64,000 nt of DNA, from IMG/VR virus record IMGVR_UViG_3300035704_000001, positions 32,001 to 96,000 of that record. One strand, 5' to 3'. A program made the translations under genes and the position numbers. The notes under the pieces were generated by a model, which was not told where the DNA came from, did not search any database, and was given only the letters and a program-made list of their open reading frames with translations. How positions within the stretch are numbered: position 1 is the first letter of the stretch; every line of letters starts with the position of its first letter. Source of the DNA: a virus. Below are positions 47,427-55,749 of the stretch, piece by piece.

Positions 47427-48079
47427 CCGGCACCGCCGAGCTGGCCCGGGCCGTCGAGCGCCGCCGGTCTGAGCTGGACCGGCGGGCCGGGCAGCTGGAG
47501 CAGCTGCAGCACCAGATCGGCGTGACCGAGACCGAGCTGGCCGGCCTCCGGGCCCAGGCCGGGCTGCATGCCAGGGTGGCCCTGCGCCTGACCGCTACCG
47601 GCGAGCTGGCGCAGGAGACCGCCCGGGCCAAGGTGGAGGACCTGGCCACCCGGGCACTGGCGGTCATCTTCGGCCCGGAGCACGCGTTCGTGCTCAAGCC
47701 GGGGGACCGTGGCGGGCAGGCCACGCTGGACCTGCTGGTGCGCTCGGCCTACCCGGACGGCAAGATCGTCGAGACCGGCATCCTGGAGGCGCGCGGCGGC
47801 GGCATGGCGGCGGTGCTCGGCTACGTGCTGCGGCTGGTGAAGCTGCTGCTGACACCGGAGATCCGCAACATCCTGTTCCTGGACGAGACCTTCGGCCACG
47901 TCTCGGCCAGCGTCGAGCCGCGGGTGGCCGAGTTCCTGCGGCTGGTCTCGGACCGGACTGGCGTGCAGCACGTGCTGATCACTCACTCGACGGTCTACGG
48001 CGACTTCGCCGACCAGGCCGTCCGGCTGGAGCAGGGCGCCGACGGGATCACCGTCGTCCACCGCGGGGAGAGCGAATGA
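47423..48079 (+). CDS. SbcC/Rad50 C-terminal half (coiled coil, signature, Walker B, H-loop)
   Basis: ARGGG signature, LFLDETFGHV, LITHS. Confidence 0.85.
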   Translation: MTGTAELARAVERRRSELDRRAGQLEQLQHQIGVTETELAGLRAQAGLHARVALRLTATGELAQETARAKVEDLATRALAVIFGPEHAFVLKPGDRGGQATLDLLVRSAYPDGKIVETGILEARGGGMAAVLGYVLRLVKLLLTPEIRNILFLDETFGHVSASVEPRVAEFLRLVSDRTGVQHVLITHSTVYGDFADQAVRLEQGADGITVVHRGESE

Positions 48080-48516
48080 GCGGCGAGCTGGAGCCTTACG
48101 AGCAGAGTCCGGCCGAGCTGGCCTCGGCGTTCGAGGAGCTGCCCGAGGAAATACGCCGGGCGTGCCTGAACTACGCCCGGAGGATCGCCCTGGCCGAGGC
48201 TGCCGCCGAGACCGGGGAGGCCCCGCAGTTCATCATCCTCGGCTATGACGGCGGGACCCTGGTCTGGAGCACGGACGTGGAGTACACCCAGATGGCCCGC
48301 CGCATCGACGGGGTTGACCGGGTGCCGCTCGGGCCCGGGCCCAATGCACCCGTCGCCCGGGTGCCCCGGTGGACCATCGCCATCGGCGCGAAACTCCGCT
48401 CGTTCGAGCAGCACATCGGCGAGGACTACGGATCGGCGCTGTCCACGCTGCTCACGGACTTGCGGCGGCGGCAGCAGGCAGGCTCCCCGCCCTCCGCACT
48501 GCCTCCAGGCGAATGA
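48076..48516 (+). CDS. hypothetical protein
   Basis: ATGA coupling. Confidence 0.6.
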   Translation: MSGELEPYEQSPAELASAFEELPEEIRRACLNYARRIALAEAAAETGEAPQFIILGYDGGTLVWSTDVEYTQMARRIDGVDRVPLGPGPNAPVARVPRWTIAIGAKLRSFEQHIGEDYGSALSTLLTDLRRRQQAGSPPSALPPGE

Positions 48517-48558
48517 CCCGCCGCGGCCGGCCCGATGTAACCCGTATGAGGAGCTGCG

Positions 48559-51500
48559 ATGACCAGGACTGCTGAAGCCGCCGGCCGGTGGCTGGACGAG
48601 AACCTGTACCGGTTCGACGGCCCCGGCCAGTTCCTCGGGGACGAGCCCGGCTCCCAGCTGGCCTCGCTGGGCATGGACCGGGCCGCGCTGTGGGACTACG
48701 GCAAGGTCCGGGTGTGCCTGGCCGCGTCCTGGGACTACGCGCAGGCCTCGGGCAACATCGCCATCCCGGCGGTGCTCAATGCCATCCGGGTGGCCGGGGA
48801 GTACGTGGCCGACCGGTTCTACCTGCCGTCCACCTCGCGCGACTGGTCGATGCTGGTCAAGGGCGGGCTCGGCTGCTTCGGCATCGAGACCCGGCACCCG
48901 CTGCGGGACTTCGACGTGGTGGCCACGAGCATCAGCTACACCGTGCTGTTCCAGAACTTCAGCGCCTACCTGACGGCCTCCGGCATCCCGCTGCGCCGCG
49001 CCGACCGGGAGAAGAACCCGGAGGCCTGGCCCCTGGTGATGGCCGGCGGGCAGGCCTACTGCGCGCCCGAGTTCATGTCCGCCGTCTTCGACTGCATCTG
49101 GCTGGGGGAGGCGGAGGACGAGGAAGGCGAGTCCGGCGGCATCGGCGAGGTGTGCGGGGTCATCGCCGCGTGCAAGGCCGATGGCTGCTGGCAGCGTGAC
49201 CGGCTCGGCTGCTACCGCATGCTGGCCCGCCGGTTCAGCCACCTGTACTTCCCGCAGTTCACGGCGTTCACCTACCGCTACGAGGACCGCGGGCTGGAGC
49301 ATCCCACCAAGATGGTGGCCGGGCACTGGCCGGTGCTCGACGGCATGCGCTACCCGCACCAGCGCCGGTACATCAAGAACCTGGACAAGATGTGCCCGCT
49401 GTGCTCGGCCCCGCTGCTGTATACCGACCCGGGGATGGGCGCCGGGGACTCCGAGATCGCCCGCGGCTGCACCTGCTGGTGCCCGTTCTGCCGGCTGTCC
49501 TGGGTGACCAAGCCGTACCGGCAGCACGACGTGGACTACTCGATCCGCCAGATGCAGCTGTGGCGGCAGGCCATGGGCTCGGTGGACATCTCGCTGGTGG
49601 CCCCGGACCCGCCGGTACACACCCAGATGAAAGAGCTGCTGGCTCGCATCCTGGGCGAGGTCACCGACGAGGTGGACGCGTCGTCCATGCGGATCGACGA
49701 CTACCTGGCCGACCACGACTTCGCGCTGCTGATGACGATCGCCGGCGCCGACTCGCTCACGCTCGGGCTGGAGGGCAACTCCCAGCGGATGCGCGACCTG
49801 GCCGGCAAGGGCACCTCCGACGACGACGTGTGCGAGGTGGTCACCCGGGCCATCCGGGCCGGCATCAGGCGGATCAAGCTCTACATGATCACGAACTGGC
49901 CGGGGGAGACGGCCGCTGACGTCATGCGGATCGTTGAGCTGGGCCGCCGGCTGGCTGCCATCCGCGCGGACTTCGACGCCCAGAAGGTCCGCATCCAGTT
50001 CAGCTGGACCCCGCTGCTCATCGAGGCGCAGACCCCGCTGCAGTGGTTCGAGGTCACCGCGCCGGACTACCGGCTGCAGCAGGCCCTGGACGAGCTGCGC
50101 GACCTCGGCATCTCGATGAAGATCGGCTCGAAGGCCAACCCCGACAAGCTGGCGTTCTTCCAGGCCTGCCAGCGGGCCAGCCGCGACGCCGGGGAGGCGC
50201 TGGCGGATGTCGTCGAGGGGATCGGCGAGCCGTCCTGGGGCGGGTTCCCCAAGGACATGCAGGACCGGCTCGACGTCGCGCTTATGTCGCACGGCTTCCT
50301 CAACGGGCTGGCCGACCTGTTCGGCGAGCGGTTCCGCAGCGACCTGCTGGGCTGGGAGCACATCGACACGGGCGTGTCCACGGACCTGATGTGGCAGGTC
50401 TACGCGGACATGGTGGCGTTCCTCAAGGGCACCGACCCGGAGACCTACGACGATGCCGAGCGCGGCGCGGCCAGCGGCAACGAGTGGGTCGGCCGGTGCG
50501 ATCAGACCTGCCAGGGCGCGGCGTGCGGGGCGTGCGACCACGATGACCTCAAGCTGCGCAAGGACTACATCACCGCCACCGACCGGGACCTGGAGGCCGA
50601 GCCGGTCGACCCGGTCGACCACACCACGGTGTCCCGCCGTCTCCGCCTGCGGCTGTACCGGCCGCAGGAGTACCGGTTCGCCTCGTCCGAGTTCCTGCGC
50701 TTCCACATCCGCGCGGCCGCGTTCCGGGCGTGCGACGCCACCGGGTTCCCGGCCATCGCCAAGCGCACCGTGGGGCTGGCCTCCGACGCCACCGCCTACC
50801 GGGACCGGTCCTCGGGGGTGGAGTACGCCGAGTTCGGCGTCACCCGGCCCGTGACGGCCGGGGAGGAGCTGGAGCGGTTCCTGGACGCTCTCGGGTCCGG
50901 GCTGGCGCCCTGGCTGGAGCTGGAGGCCTGCCAGGTGCTGCCCGCGGCCGCGCGCATGCCGTCCCGGCCGGTCGGGCTGTGGGAGGTCGAGACCGACCTG
51001 ACCGAGGACGAGCTGGCCGCGCTGCTGCGCGGGTGGGACAAGGCCGGGACGGTCCGGTTCCTGCTGAAGTCGGACAGCTTCTACGCCGGCGAGCAAGCCG
51101 TGTGGATCAACGCCAAGGACCACGTGACCGACCTGTGGGCGACCCGCGCCGGGCACCGGGTAGTGGTCCGGATGCTGCTGGGCGGCAAGCTGGGCCCGTA
51201 CCAGGTCATGCAGGCGCTGCTGGGCAAGAACTCGTGGATGCCGCTGGCCAGGCACCCGGCGGTCCGGCTCGGGTTCTTCCGGCCTGGCCAGGAGGCGGGC
51301 CCGCTGCCCTGCACCGGCTGCGGGCTGCCGGTGCCCGAGGGCCTGCTCGGCGAGATCCCCGACTGCGACTGGTGCCCGCGCTGCCGTGACGAGGAGGCGG
51401 GAGAGATTATCGCCGGTCTGGCCCGCGTGGGCGTATTACAGGGCACGGAAGTTAACACCTGGGGAGAAGCCTGTGGACGCCATTCCGATGTTCGAGGACG

Positions 51501-51603
51501 TGGACGAGCTGAGAGCGGCCGCGGAGGCCGGGACCGTCGATGTGCACGTAGCGGCAGCAGCGGCCATCTTCGGCCTGGAATCGGCCCAGGTCGGCCCGGC
51601 TGA
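48559..51603 (+). CDS. large radical SAM protein (TIGR03960-like, fused C-terminal domain; apparent end at TTA 51436)
   Basis: EIARGCTCWCPFC (CxxxCxxC); FGIETRHPLRDFDVVA; GLEGNSQRMR; IKLYMITNWPGE; WEHIDTGV; CGAC. Confidence 0.85.
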   Translation: MTRTAEAAGRWLDENLYRFDGPGQFLGDEPGSQLASLGMDRAALWDYGKVRVCLAASWDYAQASGNIAIPAVLNAIRVAGEYVADRFYLPSTSRDWSMLVKGGLGCFGIETRHPLRDFDVVATSISYTVLFQNFSAYLTASGIPLRRADREKNPEAWPLVMAGGQAYCAPEFMSAVFDCIWLGEAEDEEGESGGIGEVCGVIAACKADGCWQRDRLGCYRMLARRFSHLYFPQFTAFTYRYEDRGLEHPTKMVAGHWPVLDGMRYPHQRRYIKNLDKMCPLCSAPLLYTDPGMGAGDSEIARGCTCWCPFCRLSWVTKPYRQHDVDYSIRQMQLWRQAMGSVDISLVAPDPPVHTQMKELLARILGEVTDEVDASSMRIDDYLADHDFALLMTIAGADSLTLGLEGNSQRMRDLAGKGTSDDDVCEVVTRAIRAGIRRIKLYMITNWPGETAADVMRIVELGRRLAAIRADFDAQKVRIQFSWTPLLIEAQTPLQWFEVTAPDYRLQQALDELRDLGISMKIGSKANPDKLAFFQACQRASRDAGEALADVVEGIGEPSWGGFPKDMQDRLDVALMSHGFLNGLADLFGERFRSDLLGWEHIDTGVSTDLMWQVYADMVAFLKGTDPETYDDAERGAASGNEWVGRCDQTCQGAACGACDHDDLKLRKDYITATDRDLEAEPVDPVDHTTVSRRLRLRLYRPQEYRFASSEFLRFHIRAAAFRACDATGFPAIAKRTVGLASDATAYRDRSSGVEYAEFGVTRPVTAGEELERFLDALGSGLAPWLELEACQVLPAAARMPSRPVGLWEVETDLTEDELAALLRGWDKAGTVRFLLKSDSFYAGEQAVWINAKDHVTDLWATRAGHRVVVRMLLGGKLGPYQVMQALLGKNSWMPLARHPAVRLGFFRPGQEAGPLPCTGCGLPVPEGLLGEIPDCDWCPRCRDEEAGEIIAGLARVGVLQGTEVNTWGEACGRHSDVRGRGRAESGRGGRDRRCARSGSSGHLRPGIGPGRPG

Positions 51604-51739
51604 ACGCCGGTGGGGCAAATGGCTGAACATGGCGGCCCTGCTCGGGCTGAGCGAGGCGGGGCTGGCCGACCTGTGCCAGGCTCCGCGGGAGAAGGTCCGC
51701 GAGATGCTGGACCGGTACCGCGTCATGGTCTTGATGTGA
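51473..51739 (+). CDS. standalone PolA fingers (O-helix)-like protein
   Basis: DVHVAAAAAIFG...ERRWGKWLNMAALLGLSEAGLA...EMLDRY aligns with PolA motif B; GGAG RBS. Confidence 0.65.
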   Translation: MDAIPMFEDVDELRAAAEAGTVDVHVAAAAAIFGLESAQVGPAERRWGKWLNMAALLGLSEAGLADLCQAPREKVREMLDRYRVMVLM

Positions 51740-51996
51740 GCCGGGCTGTCGAAGACGAGTCCAGGCCCTGCCCTTTCAGCACCGAGGCCGGGGAGTGCCC
51801 CGGCCGGCAGGAATCCGAGATCGAGGACGGGCTTGTGGAGTGGGTCTGCACCCACTGCCAGGGGACGAGCTACGGCCAGCGGGTGCAGCAGGCCGAAGGT
51901 GCCTGCCAGATCGGGGTGCCTGCATCGCAGCAGCAGGCCAGCGCCCCCAGTACGACGACATTCCTTGGAACGACGATCGGACGGAGGCCTCAATGA
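51736..51996 (+). CDS. Zn-ribbon hypothetical protein
   Basis: GTGA coupling; CTHC...CQIGVP. Confidence 0.6.
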   Translation: MSRAVEDESRPCPFSTEAGECPGRQESEIEDGLVEWVCTHCQGTSYGQRVQQAEGACQIGVPASQQQASAPSTTTFLGTTIGRRPQ

Positions 51997-53171
51997 CCGA
52001 GCCCCTGCAGTGGGCGCTGAAGTACCGGCCCGACACCTTCGGAGCCTTCTCCGGGCAGCGGCCGAGCACGGCCGTGCTGTTCCGGATGGCGCAGCGCGGC
52101 ACCGTGCCGAACGCGGTCCTGCTGCACGGCGAGCGCGGCTGCGGCAAGACCTCCATGGCCCGGGTGCTGGCCAAGGCGCTGAACTGCCACGCTGCCCCGG
52201 GCAAGGCGGGCGAGTGGCCGTGCTGCGCGTGCCCGAGCTGCCTGGCCATCGCTGCGGGCGCCAGCCCGGACGTGACCGAGATCGACGCCGCCTCCCACGG
52301 CAACGTGGACTCGATACGCGAGCTGATCCTGAAATCCAGTTACGGCACCGCCGGGGAGTACCGGGTCTACATCATCGACGAGGCGCACGGCATCTCCGGG
52401 CCCGGCTTCGAGGAGTTCCTGAAGACGCTGGAAGAGCCGTCCTCCGCGCAGACGGTGTTCATCTTCTGCACCACGCGGCTGGACAAGATCCCCCAGACGG
52501 TCAGGGACCGGTGCCACCGGTTCCGGTTCGCCCCGCTGAGCCCGGACCTGATCCGCAAGCGGCTGGAGGAGATCTGCAGGGCGGAGAACTTCGATGCGGA
52601 GCCCGAGCTGCTGAGCGCCATCTCCGAGGCGGCGGACGGCGGGATGCGCGACGCCATCATGCAGCTCGACCAGCTGGCGTCGGTGGGCATCACCACCGCG
52701 GCGATGTGGCGTCAGCTCACCGGGCAGCGCGACTTCGCGCCGGAGCTGCTGGAGGCGGCCGCCTCCGCGGACTACCCGGCGCTGTTCGCGGTGCTCGACA
52801 GCGCGCTGGCCGGCGGTGACCCCGGCTACGTGGCCGGGCATCTCGTCCGCACCCTGACGGACGTGCTGGTGCTGACCGCGCCGGGCGGCAGGACCGGGCA
52901 TGCCGGCCAGGCCCTGGCGGCCCGGCAGGCCCTGGCCGAGCGGCTGGGCGCCACCCGGGCCACCGCGGCGCTGCAGGTGCTCTGGGAGCTGCAGGCCAAG
53001 GTCCGCACCGGTGACCCGAAGGCGGACCTGCTGCTGGCCGTCTCCCAGATCGCCCGCCGGATGAACCTCCAGATCGCGGCCGCGCGGACGATTGCGCCGG
53101 CTGATAGCCGGGCGGCCATCGCCGGGCTGCGCAATGTGCTGGGAGCGCCCGCGAATGGTGGACCTGACTGA
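51993..53171 (+). CDS. dnaX: DNA Pol III gamma/tau clamp-loader ATPase
   Basis: KYRPDTF, GERGCGKTS, Zn module, EIDAASH, IIDEAH, LKTLEEP, GGMRDA. Confidence 0.93.
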   Translation: MTEPLQWALKYRPDTFGAFSGQRPSTAVLFRMAQRGTVPNAVLLHGERGCGKTSMARVLAKALNCHAAPGKAGEWPCCACPSCLAIAAGASPDVTEIDAASHGNVDSIRELILKSSYGTAGEYRVYIIDEAHGISGPGFEEFLKTLEEPSSAQTVFIFCTTRLDKIPQTVRDRCHRFRFAPLSPDLIRKRLEEICRAENFDAEPELLSAISEAADGGMRDAIMQLDQLASVGITTAAMWRQLTGQRDFAPELLEAAASADYPALFAVLDSALAGGDPGYVAGHLVRTLTDVLVLTAPGGRTGHAGQALAARQALAERLGATRATAALQVLWELQAKVRTGDPKADLLLAVSQIARRMNLQIAAARTIAPADSRAAIAGLRNVLGAPANGGPD

Positions 53172-53394
53172 CCGGCATCCTGCTACCCGGCAGGCCATGC
53201 TGCGGCTGACCCCGAACCCGAACCTGACCGGGCCTGCCGGGATCGTGGCCCAGACGCTGTGGGAGGCCGGCAAGGACATGGCGTCCGTCCTGAAGGACGG
53301 CCCTGAGCTGACCGACGGCCTGCGCAAGCTGTGGGAGGCCAAGAACTGCCTGGTGTTCCAGGCGCTGCTGGACACTGGCCAGGTCCATGACTGA
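53155..53394 (+). CDS. small helical-hairpin phage protein
   Basis: DGPELTDGLRKLWEAKNC motif. Confidence 0.7.
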   Translation: MVDLTDRHPATRQAMLRLTPNPNLTGPAGIVAQTLWEAGKDMASVLKDGPELTDGLRKLWEAKNCLVFQALLDTGQVHD

Positions 53395-54061
53395 GCCGGC
53401 TATCTCGCTGGTGTTCACCTCGCGCGGCCGCCCGCACGACCTCCAGGAGACGCTGGCCGGACTGAATGCCCTGGCTGATGAGCCGACCCGGGTAGAGGCC
53501 ATCGTCGCGGTGGACCCGGACGACACGGAGACGCTGGCCATCGACCGGCAGCTGCCCCGGTCGATGGCCCAGGCCCGGCTGTGGATCGCGCCGGAGCGGT
53601 ACGGCTACCGGAACCTGCACCTGTACCTCAACCAGCTGGCGAAGCGGGCTCGCGGGGACTGGCTGATGTGGTGGAACGACGACATGCGGATGCAGACCCA
53701 GGGCTGGGACACCGTGATCCGCAGCTACCGGCAGGGCGTGCTGTGGCCGGCCGCCAACCACGTCCAGCACGCCAACATCGTGCCGATCTGGCCGCGAGCC
53801 TGGTCCGACGCGGCCGGCATGGTCTGCCCGACGATGCACATGGACACCTGGCTGCAGTACGCCGGGGAGGCCCTGGGCCGGCATTTCCAGATCCCCGTCG
53901 AGGTGGTCCACCACCGGGCCGACGTCACCGGCGAGCACGACGACGCCACTTACCGCGAGGGCCGGTACCTGATGGGCTCCGAGGGCATGCACCCGGACTT
54001 CCAGCAGGCGCTCGGGCAGCTGCCCGGCTGGATCGAGGCCGTCCGCCGGGTGATGGTGTGA
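53387..54061 (+). CDS. GT-A fold glycosyltransferase
   Basis: SRGRP, VDPDD, ARGDWLMWWNDD. Confidence 0.8.
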   Translation: MTEPAISLVFTSRGRPHDLQETLAGLNALADEPTRVEAIVAVDPDDTETLAIDRQLPRSMAQARLWIAPERYGYRNLHLYLNQLAKRARGDWLMWWNDDMRMQTQGWDTVIRSYRQGVLWPAANHVQHANIVPIWPRAWSDAAGMVCPTMHMDTWLQYAGEALGRHFQIPVEVVHHRADVTGEHDDATYREGRYLMGSEGMHPDFQQALGQLPGWIEAVRRVMV

Positions 54062-54642
54062 GGACTCGCCTGCGCGAGGCGCATAGCCCGGAAGAACTAG
54101 CCCGGCTGTACGCCGTCCCGCACCGGCACGACCGTTGGCCGGATCACCGCCTCCGGGTAGCCGAGACCATCACGGCGGGCTGGGAGCTGGGCGTGCCGTC
54201 TGTCCTGGCGGACCTGTCCTGCGGGGATGCGGTGATTCCCCGGACCCTGGCTTTCGCCGCGATGCGCAAGCACGGGGCCAGCCGGGTCATCCTGGGCGAC
54301 ATTGCCCCGGGGTACGAGATGCACGGGCCGATCGAGACCACCTTGAGCCAGATCACGCACGTGGGCCTGTTCATCTGCGCCGAGACTGCCGAGCACCTGG
54401 ATGACCCGGATGCGGTGCTGGTCCGGATCAGGGACAAGGCCGACGCGCTGCTGCTGTCCACCCCGCTGGGGGAGACCGGCGGCCGCAACCCGGAGCACTA
54501 CTGGGGCTGGGACGAGACCGGGGTCCGGGAGATGCTGGAGGGCGCGGGCTGGCGCCCGGAGATCTACCGGGACGTGGCCTACCGGCCGGCCCGGGCCGAG
54601 CCCTGGCTTCCGGCGGACTACCAGATCTGGGGATGCCGGTGA
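54058..54642 (+). CDS. class I SAM-dependent methyltransferase-like protein
   Basis: ADLSCGD, ETAEHLDDP, LLSTP, NPEHYWGW. Confidence 0.75.
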   Translation: MRTRLREAHSPEELARLYAVPHRHDRWPDHRLRVAETITAGWELGVPSVLADLSCGDAVIPRTLAFAAMRKHGASRVILGDIAPGYEMHGPIETTLSQITHVGLFICAETAEHLDDPDAVLVRIRDKADALLLSTPLGETGGRNPEHYWGWDETGVREMLEGAGWRPEIYRDVAYRPARAEPWLPADYQIWGCR

Positions 54643-55553
54643 CCGGCCTGGCCCTGGTCACCGGGGCCGCCGGGTTCGTGGGCCGGCACTTCTCCCGGCA
54701 CCTGCGCGACGCCGGCTGGGAAGTCGTCGGGATCGACACCGAGCTGGCTCCGCACACCGCCCTCATCGACGCCCGGGACTTCTTCCGCGGCAAGGGCGGG
54801 CCCCGGGCGGCCGGGTACGACCTGGTGGTCCACTGCGCCGCGGTGGTCGGCGGCCGCCAGGTCATCGAGACGGACCCGCTGGCGCAGGCCGTCAACTTCG
54901 AGATCGACGCGGCCATGTTCCGGTGGGCCCGGATCTGCCGTCCGGGCCGGATCATCTACTTCTCCAGCTCGGCCGCGTACCCGGTGATCCTCCAGGACGG
55001 GTACCCGCCCATGTCGATGGGCGAGGACGAGATCAAGTTCGAGGGGCTGGCCGGCGTGCCGGACCAGCTGTACGGCTGGGCCAAGCTGACCGGCGAGTTC
55101 CTTGCCCGGCAGGCCATCGCGGACGGGCTGCCGGTCACCGTGGTGCGGCCGTTCTCCGGCTACGGCTCCGACCAGGACCCCAGCTACCCGTTCCCCGCGT
55201 TCGTCGATCGCGCGCTCAGGCGGGAGGACCCGTTCCTCATCTGGGGCGACGGCGGCCAGCAGCGGGACTTCATCCACATCGACGACATCGTGGGCGCGGT
55301 GATGGAGCTGTACCGGGGCGAGTGGCCGGGCCCGTACAACCTGGCCTCCGGCCGGGCGGTCTCGGTGCGGACGCTGGCCCGGATGATCTGCGACCAGGCC
55401 GGCTACGAGCCCGGGTTCGAGTGCGCGCCGGCGGCGCCGTCCGGGGTGCGGTACCGGGTGGCCAACGCCTGGAAGCTGCAGCAGGTCTACCGGTGCAAGG
55501 TCACCCTGGAGGAGGGCATCCGCCGGGCCCTGGAGGACCGCGCCCGGGCGTAG
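54633..55553 (+). CDS. NAD-dependent sugar epimerase/dehydratase
   Basis: TGAAGFVG, FSSSAAY, YGWAK, RPFSGYG, QQRDFIHIDD. Confidence 0.92.
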   Translation: MPVTGLALVTGAAGFVGRHFSRHLRDAGWEVVGIDTELAPHTALIDARDFFRGKGGPRAAGYDLVVHCAAVVGGRQVIETDPLAQAVNFEIDAAMFRWARICRPGRIIYFSSSAAYPVILQDGYPPMSMGEDEIKFEGLAGVPDQLYGWAKLTGEFLARQAIADGLPVTVVRPFSGYGSDQDPSYPFPAFVDRALRREDPFLIWGDGGQQRDFIHIDDIVGAVMELYRGEWPGPYNLASGRAVSVRTLARMICDQAGYEPGFECAPAAPSGVRYRVANAWKLQQVYRCKVTLEEGIRRALEDRARA

Positions 55554-55749
55554 TAACCAGTGTGACTATCGTCCGGATCTCCTGCGGGTGCCTGTTCTAC
55601 GGCGACGGGGCCCCGGACTGGCGGGACAGCCAGCAGCTGCGCTGGTGCCGGCAGCACGAGCTGGCGGACAGGCTCCGCGGGATGCGCGAGCTGGCTGCCC
55701 GCGGCATCAGCGTGGGCGAGTGGGCCCGGCACCCGACGATTACCCCGGC

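Noticed and set aside
47995-51255. 1086-aa minus-strand ORF (and similar long antisense ORFs at 18200-19810, 31518-33977, 37666-39477, 44551-47001, 55968-57920)
   Set aside because: Antisense shadows of well-supported plus-strand genes; high GC3 removes stops; no recognisable motifs.
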